Assembly (NCBI GenBank): GCA_951406725.2
Contig: OX597836.1
Coordinates: 13,020,001 to 13,084,000, forward strand
Source of the DNA: Octopus vulgaris
Lineage: Eukaryota
DNA: 64,000 bases
Direction: 5' to 3'
Below, one piece after another: positions 31,254 through 42,325 of the stretch. Position 1 is the first letter of the stretch, and each line of letters begins with the position of its first letter. A model generated the notes under the pieces. That model was given only the letters and a program-made list of their open reading frames with translations. It ran no database searches and was not told the origin of the DNA. The position numbers and the translations under genes are program-made.

Positions 31254-32278
31254 CCGTAAATCCACGTGTATAGTCCGCCCTTGAGTATAATACGCAGGGG
31301 ATTTTTAGGGGCTGTACCTCTGAAAAACCTAAACCTCGTGTATAATACGCACCCTTCTCTAACTTGAGTGAAGGTGGTCTATATAACGTGCTCGGTTTGT
31401 AAAACTGTATACGGTGAAAACGGTTATTATTATTGTATATATAACATAATGCAAACGTGTATGCGCTGGGATTTTTAGGGGTGTACCTCTGAAAAACCTA
31501 AACCTTGTGTATAATACGCACCCCTTCGCTAACTTGAGTGAAGGTGGTCTATATAACGTGCTCGGTTTGTAAAACTGTATACGGTGAAAACCGTTATTAT
31601 TATTGTATATATAACATAATGCAAACGTGTATACGCTGGGATTTTTAGGGGGCTGTACCTCTGAAAAACCTAAACCTTGTGTATAATACGCACCCCTTCG
31701 CTAACTTGAGTGAAGGTGGTCTATATAACGTGCTTGGTTTGTAAAACTGTATACGGTGAAAACCGTTATTATTATTGTGTATATAACATAATGCAAACGT
31801 GTATACGCTGGGGATTTTTAGGGGGCTGTACCTCTGAAAAACCTAAACCTTGTGTATAATACGCACCCCTTCGCTAACTTGAGTGAAGGAGGTCTATATA
31901 ACATCCTTGGTTTGTAAAAATGTATACAGTAACGTCCTTTATTATTATTGTATATATAACATAATGCAAGCGTGTAGCTTTTTTGTGCATTTTGTTTGCA
32001 GAAAATAAAGAAATAACAGTAATAACGTTCAATAAATGTTGCTTACTGCAAGTTATGGATGATTCTTTTATGACTTCATTGCTTTCAGGCTTAGCTTAAG
32101 GTATTTTCGCGTCCAACATCACAAAATGCGTCTGAATAAACATTGCTGGACAGCAAATAGAGACTCGGACATTGCTTAGAAAATATTTTTCATTTTTAAC
32201 CTCGTATATAGTACGCACTAGGGATTTTGGCCTTTAAATTTTGGGGTGAAAATGCGGATTATACTCGAGGATTTATGG
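31254..32278. mobile_element. Tc1/mariner-type MITE with four ~172-bp internal repeats
   Basis: Same TIRs and internal array as 16087-17113. Confidence 0.83.
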
Positions 32279-32333
32279 TATGCATATATTTATATATTAC
32301 TTATATAATATATAAATATGTATGTATGCGTGT

Positions 32334-32372
<39 letters not shown>

Positions 32373-32428
32373 TGTGTATGTATGTGTGTGTATGTGTCTC
32401 TGTGTGTGTGTGTATTTGTGCGTGTGTG

Positions 32429-32474
<46 letters not shown>

Positions 32475-33105
32475 TGTATATATGTATGTATGTATGTACA
32501 AATACAATAGTCCTTCCATCATGACATCAAGAGTGTCAATGCGTAGGATTATCAAGGTGTGTTCTGATATGTTTACTTATGACTCATGTGGATGTTAAGT
32601 ATTTCAATTGATTACGTCTAAATGAATTTCATCCGGTAGATAACAGGAGTTTGCCCAAGAAAATCTTGTCTATGTGTGTGCGTGTGTGTGTATGTCTGTG
32701 TGTGTGTGTGTGTGTGTGTCTCTGTGTGTGTGTCTGTGTGTTTGTGTGTATGTGTGTGTGTATGTACCTGTGTGTGTGTGTGTATGTGTGTGCGTTTGTG
32801 TGTGTCTGTGCGTGTGTGTGTATGTCTGTGTGTGTGTTTGTGTGTGTGTGTTTGTCTGTGTGTGTTTGTGTGTATGTGTGTTTGTGTCTGTGTGTGTGTT
32901 TGTCTGTGTGTATGCGCCTGTGTGTGTGTGTCTATGTGTGTGTCTGTGTGTGTGTATGTCTGTGTTTGTGTGTGTGCGTGTGTGTATGTGTCTGTGTGTG
33001 TTTGTGTGTCTGTGTGTGTGTGTATGTATGTGTGTTTGTGTGTGTGTATGTGTGTGTGTGTGTGTGTGTCTGTGTGTCTGTCTCTGTGTGTGTGTGTGTA
33101 TGTGT

Positions 33106-33139
<34 letters not shown>

Positions 33140-33503
33140 CTGTCTCCTACAGAATGCTCCGTGGTAGGAGGCAAGAGATTTAGAAAACAGAAGAGGGAAT
33201 GAAAGCGGGGAGTAGAAGGAGGAAACTAATTTCTTCACCTCAAGTTTTTAATCATATTCTCCTCAGATTTTCAAGAAACCAGTTGCACGAATCCCGCAAT
33301 TAAACTTCAGCGTAAACCAAGTCGTGTTGTGGTTTTGAATCCTAAAATTGGTGAGTCTTCTTTTCTACTTTTTCTTTCTTTATAGAAAACACATATGACC
33401 TAAAACGCGTTTTTTAACCCCCCTCCACCATATATATATATGTGTGTGTGCCTCTATATAAATGTATATGTATTGAAATGTTTTCTGATTTTTCAGTTTT
33501 TTT

Positions 33504-33826
33504 GGCAATCTTTTGTCTCTAGTAGACCTTTCTTTCGATTTCCGTCAAAAAACTTCTTTTTTTTTTACATATGGGCTTGCGGAAACTTTTGAAGTAATGA
33601 GAGCGAAAGAGACTAAGAGAAAGCGATTGTATGACGAGGGAAGTTCTTTTGAAGTTACCGTGCATGGGAGCATTGATGTACACATGTGTGTGTGTGTGAA
33701 GAGACAGAGAGAGTAATGTGTCTCTTTCGCTCTCATTACTTCAAAAGTTCCCGCAAGCCCATATGTAAAAAAAACACATTTTTTACGGAAATCGACGGAA
33801 AGGTCTACTAGAGACGAAAGATCGCC
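33504..33826. mobile_element. Foldback MITE related to 2346-3100, present only in the last array-A unit
   Basis: TIR GGCAATCTTTTGTCTCTAGTAGACCTTTC / GAAAGGTCTACTAGAGACGAAAGATCGCC. It interrupts TTTTCTGATTTTTTTATATGCTAGG, which is continuous in the other units. Confidence 0.8.
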
Positions 33827-33986
33827 GATTTTTTTATATGCTAGGCTACTGGTTTTAAATTGATATTCAATTTATCTCCCTCATTATTTAAATGTATATG
33901 TGTGTATATATACAACCTTCAACAATGTAACAGTCGTGTATACAACTTGAACTGACACATATCAGTACATAAACATAGGTTCACAT

Positions 33987-34338
33987 GGTAGGCGTAGCGT
34001 AGGCGGTAGCATTCGCGTTGCCCCCGCGCAGGCCGCTGCCGTCACCGGTGGCGGTGCGCGGTGCTCTTTCGACCGTCGTCGTTTCTGCGGCGGCGGTCTC
34101 GTCGGTGCGCTCGCGTCGCGCCGTCGGCTGGCCGGCCGGCCGGTTTGACGTCGGGGTGTCGCGCGCGTTTGCGACGATGAAAAACCGCCACTTCCGTAAG
34201 TTTCCTCGCTCACTCGATGGAGAAGGGATCGGGCCGTCGCCGAGCGGTGGTTCATTATCTGGTGCGAAGCGCGCGGTGCATGTCGAGCGCCTTTAGCGGG
34301 CGCCGACGCAGCCGATGCGCGACCCTTAGTCGAGAACA
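33987..34338. other. GC/CpG-rich inserted block of unknown origin
   Basis: Abrupt GC- and CpG-rich segment in an AT-rich context. The flanks match sequence that is uninterrupted at ~40041-40190. Confidence 0.7.
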
Positions 34339-34664
34339 GTGCCGTTCAAACCGGAAAGATCTGAGAAAGCTAATGGCTTGTGCGTGCGTGCTTGTTTCTG
34401 TGTGTGTGTGTGTGTGTTGTTTTTTTTTGTTTATATATTTATATGTTGTTGAATGTAGAAATAACACACATACATGTACACACACACAGACACGCCTACA
34501 CACTCTCCTAAATACTCACATACATACGTAAGCACATAAGTACATACATACATACATACATACATACATACATACATACATACATGCATACGCACGTACA
34601 TGTACACACATACATACGTAAGCACATAAGGCTGATGAAATTACTCTAAAATTGCGATCTTTCG

Positions 34665-34788
34665 TCTCTAGTAGACCTTTCCTCCATGTTATTTCTTTAT
34701 TAAAAGAAATAACATGGTCTCTAGTAGACCTTTCCTCCATGTTATTTCTTTATTAAAAGAAATAACATGGAGGAAAGGTCTACTAGAA
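34665..34788. repeat. 53-bp tandem repeat ending in a hairpin (2 copies here; 3 copies at ~47154-47330 and ~59683-59858)
   Basis: Unit GTCTCTAGTAGACCTTTCCTCCATGTTATTTCTTTATTAAAAGAAATAACATG. The last unit is followed by GAGGAAAGGTCTACTAGA. Confidence 0.88.
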
Positions 34789-34789
34789 C

Positions 34790-34949
34790 TTTTCAAAATT
34801 TTCGCTGCGTTAGTTTTGAATTATGACATTGGGCTATGTGTGTGTCAAGTTTCATCAGAATCGGTTGAAAGCCGTGGTCAGGGTGAGGGTACAAGCAAAC
34901 AGACACACAGAAACACGCACAGACAAACTGCCGTTTATATATAGAGAGA
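34790..34949 (-). mobile_element. Helitron-like 5' fragment (also in units 2 and 3)
   Basis: Minus strand begins A|TCTCTCTATATATAAACGGCAGTTTGTCTGTG, a typical start for non-autonomous Helitrons. Confidence 0.5.
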
Positions 34950-35128
34950 TAAAATAAATGACTCGAAATAATGCAAACAATGAATTTGGTGAATTCCCTG
35001 TCGACATGTTGTCTTGTTGAGAAGAGAAAGCTAATGGGTTGTGCGTACGTGCTTGTTTCTCTCTCTCTCTCTCTCTCTGTGTTGTTTTTCTGTTTTTTTT
35101 AAAATTTTATTTATGTTGTGGAATGTAG

Positions 35129-35548
35129 GGATCTTTTCGGTTTGACCGGCAGTTTTTAAAAATAATTTCCACGTAACTAAACACTTTTAAACTTCGTATA
35201 CTGATAGAATGTGTTTATAAAACATCTTTTTCTTGGCTTTATTGTGAAAATCCTATGGTTTCTAAGATATTTGTTGTTGTTTTTTTCTTCAATTTCTGCA
35301 ATTTCAACTAATCAATGACGTCTATTGAGGTGAAAACATTCTGTGCCGTATGAATATGTCCCTCGTTTAAGAAACAGATTGGGTTTATTTCCATTTGTGA
35401 AGAAAAAAGATACCCTTCCCCCCACCCCTAACCCTAACTAACCCTAAAACAGAGTGAAATGCAATAGATCGATACTAGGGTCATAATTATCAGTGACAAT
35501 TTCATATGACACCGCTAGAAAAAACTGCCGTTCAAACCGAAAATATCC
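35129..35548. mobile_element. ~420-bp MITE with ~29-bp TIR and internal CCCTAA repeats (right-end fragments in most array-A units, e.g. 8464-8604)
   Basis: GGATCTTTTCGGTTTGACCGGCAGTTTTT ... AAAAACTGCCGTTCAAACCGAAAATATCC. Confidence 0.75.
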
Positions 35549-35575
35549 GGGATGCTAATGGCTTGTGCGTGCTTG

Positions 35576-35613
<38 letters not shown>

Positions 35614-35937
35614 GTTTTGTTTATTTATTTATATGTTGTTGAATGTAGAAATAACACACAGAGGAGCAAAGGAGCACACATACACACACACACATACACA
35701 CACATACATACACACACATACACACATATACACACACATACACACACACGCACAAACACATACACACACACACATACACACACACATATACACACGCACA
35801 CACACATACACACACACACACACACAAACACACACATACACACACACACAGAGGAACAAGCACGCACGCACAATTCATCAGCTTCTCGACAATATAGGAC
35901 GGAATTCAACGTTTACAAATAATAAAAAATAACACAT

Positions 35938-36648
35938 GGCGCAGGAGTGGCTGTGTGGTAAGTAGCTTGCATACCAGACAGACGTGTGGTTTTTTGCTGT
36001 TTAAACATGTTGAAGAGGTTTATTACCTCCTCTGAAAAAATGTAATTTGAACATTCTGATCATTTTTGAACATTTTTGAACATTTTACTAAATGTATTCA
36101 TTGAACATTGTCTTAGAGAAGCGGGGGTCGGCGGGCGCTTTCGTCTTCTCCCATCATCATCTTCACTTCATCACCATCATTCATTAATGTCTATGTCCAG
36201 CCCGTAGCTACTATCTGTGTACTGCCCTTGTGGCAAATTAAATAAAATAAAGTAGCTTGCTAAACAACCACATGGTTCCGGGTTCAGTCCCACTGCGTGG
36301 CATCTTGGGCTAGTGTCTTCTGCTATAGCCCCGGGCCGACCAATGCCTTGTGAGTGGATTTGGTAGACGGAAACTGAAAGAAGCCTGTTGTATATATGTG
36401 TATATATATATATGTATATATGTATGTGTATGTATGTTTGTGTGTCTGTGTTTGTCCCCCTAGCTTTGCTTGACAACCGATGCTGGTGTGTTTACGTCCC
36501 CGTCACTTAGCGGTTCGGCAAAAGAGACCGATAGAATAAGTACTGGGCTTACAAAAGAATAAGTCCCGGGGTCGATTTCCTCGACTAAAGCAGTGCTCCA
36601 GCATGGCCGCAGTCAAATGACTGAAACAAGTAAAAGAGTAAAGTAAAT
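35938..36648 (+). mobile_element. Full-length tRNA-derived SINE interrupted by a 279-bp insertion (also ~48500-49210, 61034-61745)
   Basis: Begins GGCGCAGGAGTGGCTGTGTGGTAAGTAGCTTGC and resumes at 36250. Confidence 0.85.
35971..36249 (+). mobile_element. 5'-truncated non-LTR retrotransposon 3' end with 11-bp TSD (copies 48533-48811, 61067-61345)
   Basis: AAGTAGCTTGC is duplicated at 35960-35970 and 36250-36260. The insert ends in the A-rich tail GGCAAATTAAATAAAATA. Confidence 0.7.
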
Positions 36649-36732
36649 AAAACACAAAGTAAGGATCGACTAGTCACGACTAGCTAGCGCGGCTACGCGA
36701 GTACTGTATTTTTGTGTTATACTCTCTCTTTC

Positions 36733-36975
36733 TCTCTTTTACTTGTTTCAGTCATTTGACTGTGGCCATGCTGGAGCACCACCATTTCAGTCGAGCAAAT
36801 CAACCCCAGGACTTATTCTTTGTAAGCCTAGTACTTATTCTATCGGTCTCTCTTTTGCTGAACCGCTAAGTTACATGGACGTAAGCACACCAGCATCGGT
36901 TGGTTGTCAAGCGATGTAGGGGGGACAAACACAGACACACAAACATATACACACACAAACATATACACACACATG
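36733..36975 (-). mobile_element. SINE 3' half, tail-to-tail with the previous SINE
   Basis: TTTTACTTGTTTCAGTCATTTGACTGTGGCCATGCTGGAGCACC...GTTGTCAAGCGAT. Confidence 0.82.
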
Positions 36976-37151
36976 CATAGTGGATCTTTTCTTTTTGAAG
37001 GCCAGATTTTCCTAGTTAACTAAAAAATTTGAAACTTCGTATACTGGTAGAATGTGTCAAAAGAAAACATTATCTATCTATCTATCTATCCATCCATCAT
37101 CTATCTCTCTATCTATCTATCTCTCTATCTATCTATCTATCTATCTATCTC

Positions 37152-37215
<64 letters not shown>

Positions 37216-37481
37216 CCTACCTATATTTCTCTCTATCCGTCTCCATTGTCTTGGAATCTCACCCCGCCCCCAAAACAATGTTCTCTTCTGGACAAAACCC
37301 CGCAAAATAATCTGATTTATATAAATAAACAAGCTGTTTGTACATTCACAGAATTGTATTTGACAAATACTAGAGAGGAACGAAAGCGCTAATAATAATG
37401 AAGAAATAAAAAGATTTTTTCCCTCAATATTCAATTCCGTACATATCACACCTAACACTATATATATATATATATATATAT

Positions 37482-38046
37482 AAGATAAGAAAATGGAGAA
37501 ATACATCAAAATCAAATATCAATTACCAGATAATACTCAATCACATACTTTATTAAACCACCACATAAGAGACTGTAGGGTTAAATATAAAAAGCAGAAC
37601 AAATCAAAAGTATGTCATTGAGAATTATCTGGTAATTGATATTTGATTTAGATGTATTTCTCCATTTTCTTATCTTGTATTAGTAATTTGTGGTAAATCA
37701 TTTTACCTTTGCCCATATAATACAGTAAATGAATTAATTGCATCGCAATCATTAACATTTATGTATTAACTTTGTTGGGTACTTCACTAGCAGTATATTG
37801 GATATACGTTATCCCATAGACAACCCCTATCTCAGATCGCCATGTTGATTCGTTAGCTACTGCACGCATTTTTTTCTCTCCTTCTTTCTGTGTTTTTTTT
37901 CTCTCTGTGTATCTTTCTGTTGAAGAGCGTAGGCTCGAAACGTTAAAGACTTGTTTTATCTATATTTCCTGAGCGCCATACTAATACAATTGTTCGTTTG
38001 TTTTCCACCTGCCTTCGTCTTTTGTCTATTTTCATAAAGCTTCCCG

Positions 38047-38048
<2 letters not shown>
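37482..38048 (+). mobile_element. Probable PLE 3' end/pseudo-LTR fragment with inverted 5' segment, flanked by (TA)n
   Basis: Inverted arms 37482-37550 and 37607-37676, hammerhead-like motif at 37912-37949, and (TA)n on both sides. Confidence 0.6.
37912..37949 (+). ncRNA. Degenerate minimal hammerhead ribozyme (copies 50470-50507, 63003-63040)
   Basis: TCTTT-CTGTTGA-A-GAGC gtag GCTC-GAAA-CG-TT-AAAGA, with one core substitution (A6>U). Confidence 0.55.
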
Positions 38049-38124
<76 letters not shown>

Positions 38125-38404
38125 CGTTTCTTCTATTATTCAATTTCTTTAGTTCATTGTGAAAAGATACTTTTGCTATGCTTGTCAAGTAATGACCTCT
38201 GTCACTCAGTCTGATAATCTTCCCAGCGGTATTTTCAGAGGCTTGGCCTCCGAATCTTGTGAGCTTCACAAATACTGTTGCCAGGAGCGGGTTAAGACTC
38301 GCAGACGAACTCAGCACTAAAAAGATTTCCGTGCCCACCACATACGAGGTAGTCGTTAGCAATTTTTTCCCTCTGTCTTCCCTTCTCTGGATCTTTCCTT
38401 CTAT

Positions 38405-38439
38405 GTTTCCGACGAAGAGCTCCGCTCGAAACGTTTAAG
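38405..38439 (+). ncRNA. Degenerate minimal hammerhead ribozyme (copies ~50940-50974, 63468-63502)
   Basis: TTT-CCGACGA-A-GAGC tcc GCTC-GAAA-CG-TT-TAA, with core U4>C and a weak stem I. Confidence 0.5.
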
Positions 38440-38487
38440 CCCCCTTCTTTCCTGAGCGTCCAATAATACTATATTTGTTCCACGTCC

Positions 38488-38604
38488 TCGCGTTGTTGTG
38501 TTTTTTTGGTGCTTTCTTGTTTGGATTAACTTTATATATATATATATTATATATATATATATAAAGTTAATCCAAACAAGAAAGCACCAAAAAACACAAC
38601 AACG

Positions 38605-38607
<3 letters not shown>
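38488..38607. repeat. Inverted repeat centred on (TA)n (tail-to-tail element ends)
   Basis: TCGCGTTGTTGTG...GGATTAACTT-(TA)n-AAGTTAATCC...CACAACAACGCGA. Confidence 0.85.
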
Positions 38608-38680
<73 letters not shown>

Positions 38681-38751
38681 ATATCTATATATATATATCT
38701 ATATATATATATATATATATTAGAAGGTTTGGAGATGATGTACAGGTATTT

Positions 38752-39027
38752 TATATTAGAAGAAATGAGGTACTCAGAAATCCGGATGGTTTTATATTTA
38801 CAGATATTTATTTGTATATTACATGTTTTTATACATCATATAACTTAGATCATGTATTAGCGCTTTCTCCCATTCTAGTGGGCTTTGATTTGAAAACCCC
38901 ACTAGAATGGGAGAAAGCGCTAATACATGATCTAAGTTATATGATGTATAAAAACATGTAATATACAAATAAATATCTGTAAATATAAAACCATCCGGAT
39001 TTCTGAGTACCTCATTTCTTCTAATAT
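38752..39027. repeat. ~275-bp foldback with ~130-bp arms and ~14-bp loop (copies ~51280-51555 and 63811 to window end)
   Basis: TTAGAAGAAATGAGGTACTCAGAAATCCGG...CTAGTGGG / CCCACTAG...CCGGATTTCTGAGTACCTCATTTCTTCTAA. Confidence 0.9.
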
Positions 39028-39073
39028 ATATATATAAAGATATAAATGAATAGAAATAGTTAGTGAGAGTGGT

Positions 39074-39394
39074 ATGATATTTAAGAATGTGGATGTATAT
39101 GAACTAGGGCTCTTCCTGGCCCTGACGTGTACCAATGAATACCTATCGCGCAATAACCTTCTATATGCTTGTCCCACCCGTAACAAACGAGGTAGACCAC
39201 CTACCATTACCTCAGCATACAGGAAGACTCACTGTGAACGCTGGCAGGGATGGACGAAGCCGGACTACCCACCTTCAAGTGCACACGACATTAGAACCAC
39301 CATCGCACATGCTATCGGTGTCAGCCTGAGAATGACGCTTAAAACACATATGTTAAAGTTTGGCAACAAACTGTATAAGCAGACGAAAGGCTGT
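39074..39394 (+). pseudogene. Internal fragment of a PLE-type reverse transcriptase (copy 51602-51922)
   Basis: DVYELGLFLALT...CPTRNKRGRPPTIT...W..P...LKTHMLKFGNKLYKQTKG. The end matches the F-x-x-K-x-Y-x-Q-x-x-G lead-in to RT motif B', after which the frame runs into microsatellite. Confidence 0.6.
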
Positions 39395-39499
39395 ATACTG
39401 TATCGTATTATGTATGTATGTGTGTGTGGGTGTGCGTATGTATGTTTATGCGTGTGTGTAATAGGACATATGTATGTAGAAGTGGATAAGAATACATAT

Positions 39500-39841
39500 A
39501 CTCTTTACTCTTTTACTTGTTTCAATCATTTGACTGCGGCCATGCTGGAGCACCGCCTTTAGTCGAGCAAATCGACCCCGGGACTTATTCTTTTGTAAGC
39601 CCAGTACTTATTCTATCAGTCTCTAAGTGACGGGGACGTAAACACACCAGCATGCTAGGGGGACAAACACAGATACACAAACACACACACACATACATAT
39701 ATACATATATACGACAGGCTTCTTTCAGTTTCCGTCTACCAAATCCACTCACAAGGCATTGGTCGGCCCGGGGCTATAGCATAAGACACTTGCCCATGTG
39801 GTTGTATAGCAAGCTACTTACCACACAGCCACTCCTGCGCC
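39500..39841 (-). mobile_element. tRNA-derived SINE with internal deletions (copy ~52028-52369)
   Basis: Ends CTTACCACACAGCCACTCCTGCGCC, the reverse of the SINE 5' end. Confidence 0.85.
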
Positions 39842-40783
39842 TATGAGCATTTTAAGATTATATGTATATTTATGGGTGTGTCTATGATTGTGTGTACTTG
39901 CATATACGTATATGGTTCTATGTGCACAGTTGCACCTAAACGTTGTATCCATTCACAGTTCGACGATGAAGAGAGGAACAAACACACACCCACACATATA
40001 TATATGTGTGCGTCTATACAAACATATATGTGTGTATACATACAACCTTCAACAAAGTAACAGTCATGTACACAACTTGGACGGACACATACCAGTACAC
40101 GGACATACGTTCACATACACATGTACACACACACACAGACGCGTCTGCCCATTCTCCTAGATACTCACATACATACGTAGCACATGAGTACAAACATACA
40201 TACATACCTACGTATGGGCATACACACGTACATACGCATGTACATGTACGCACACACATACATGGGCACATGCATACGTGCGCGTACACATACATACACA
40301 CATGCGCACGTACGTGCATGCATACATACATACATACATACATACATACATACGTATACATATTTAACCTGAACTAACTAGATGTAAGGGCGGAGAAAAA
40401 ATAGTTATAGTAAAACAAAAGTTTTGTGATATAGAGATAAATGTCTGATAATAGGTTTTAGATTTTTTTTGGGGGGGGGGGGGGTGAAGGTCGTAATTCA
40501 CTTCATAGTTTCGGCGGGGGAGGTTGAAATTTGATATTATTGTGATGAGTGGTCAGTCTACATCTATCCATCACTACAGGTTTATAGCTTTATGTTTATA
40601 GTGTGTATGTTAATTTACGCCGTTTCTTTACGTACCACCACGCTGTTAGGTTTATAAAACAATTGAAGTTCAGTTTAAAGTTTATAAATAAATATATTCT
40701 TGCAGTGTGTGTATATGTGGCTATATGTCTGACTAATGTGTGTGTGTCTGTATTTATTGTATGTGTGTATAAGATGTCTAAAC

Positions 40784-40820
<37 letters not shown>

Positions 40821-40938
40821 AAAAGCAATAAAGATTCAAGTTAATTTAAATGAATTTACTTGAATATGGTACCTAACTTAGATGCACCAAAAAAAACTAT
40901 ACTGATTTAACAATACAGTAATGTGGGGTGATTATAAG

Positions 40939-41130
40939 CGAGAATGAAGCAACAAGAATGGATAGGTTTTTAGTACGATCGTTTCATACAAGGACAGGTT
41001 TTATTAAAAGTTGCAAAAATTACAGCATATAAACGTTTATATGCTGTAATTTTTGCAACTTTTAATAAAACCTGTCCTTGTATGAAACGATCGTACTAAA
41101 AACCTATCCATTCTTGTTGCTTCATTCTCG
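40939..41130. repeat. 192-bp spacerless perfect palindrome (copy 53468-53657, 190 bp)
   Basis: CGAGAATGAAGC...CATATAAAC|GTTTATATG...GCTTCATTCTCG, centre 41034/41035. Confidence 0.93.
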
Positions 41131-41255
41131 TATATATATATATATATATATACCGGAGTAAACACATAAATGTGAAACAAGGTGGAAAAAGAGTACTCAA
41201 ATACCAGTGGTAGAGTAATATGCTTTATTTTAAGCAGCAGAAAATTCAACAAAAT

Positions 41256-41293
41256 CTGTTACTCTGAGTTTCTCGTTGCCGTTCATCAGACAG
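41256..41293 (-). ncRNA. Type I hammerhead ribozyme motif (copy 53783-53820)
   Basis: Reverse complement of the 44993-45030 motif. Confidence 0.7.
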
Positions 41294-42041
41294 TTTTTGC
41301 TAGAATGGAACATATATATTAATTCAATCTATACTCTTACAAACGCTACACCTTTAAAAAGAAATGGACTTGTTTGATTGGCCCTTTAGAAAAAACGGTC
41401 AATCTTCGAGCGATAAACAAAAAGGTCAAAAATATATGTATATATATATAAAAACTTATAAAAATTATAAAATCCGAGGAAAATACCGAGGAAAAAACCT
41501 GTTGCCGTTAATGAAGACAGTACAAATTAATGCATAGAAATTAAACCTGTTATAAATACTGCAATACATATTTATATTAAAATCCACATATATATATCAA
41601 CATACACAAAAGGATGCGCGTAAACGCCATACATACACATACAGACGTATGAATATGAATCTAAATTATACACATAAAAGCATGTGTACATATATTCACG
41701 CAAACCGTCTCGCACGCAAGCTAAAATTCATCTATGTAGCAATTCTCATATACTGAGCAAGGAGGGGGAACGAAAGAAAGGGAAAGAGAGAAAAGGAACG
41801 GAGGAGGGTGGGGGAAAAACCTGTAGCTATGTTATTTGGCATCTATAGAGGCCTGTATACATACACAAGTTTGAATTGATACATATACATACCGTCGTGT
41901 ATATGTGTGCTTAAGCACAAGCATACTTTCACTCACACATACACAGATACGCATGCTTACAAATACATATGCTTTGCTATACACAAACTTATATAAACAT
42001 TCTAAATTTGACAACATTGCTTTTTTTATAAAAAAACATTG

Positions 42042-42079
<38 letters not shown>

Positions 42080-42325
42080 GTGCATTAATAAAAATATATA
42101 CGAAAGACCTATAAAATAAAATATAACATCCTATTTTGGGTCATTTATAAATAATCAAGGTAATATAAATAATCAAGGTAATCTTATGCAATACAATAAC
42201 ATGAAAACAAAGTTTGTAGGTTTTTCCTAATATATATGTAGAAACAATAAGACTTTGCTATAGGTCCGTTGTAGCTCTCAAGAGTCAAAATCAAAATCAA
42301 AAAATCAAAATACAAAATATATACT

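Noticed and set aside
33962-34531. ORFs across the GC-rich block; rRNA gene call
   Set aside because: Open frames are expected from high GC content and show no recognisable domain. No conserved 18S/5.8S/28S core motif was identified.
35938-36300. tRNA genes
   Set aside because: The A/B-box-like sequences are SINE heads continuing into SINE body; no complete cloverleaf is evident.
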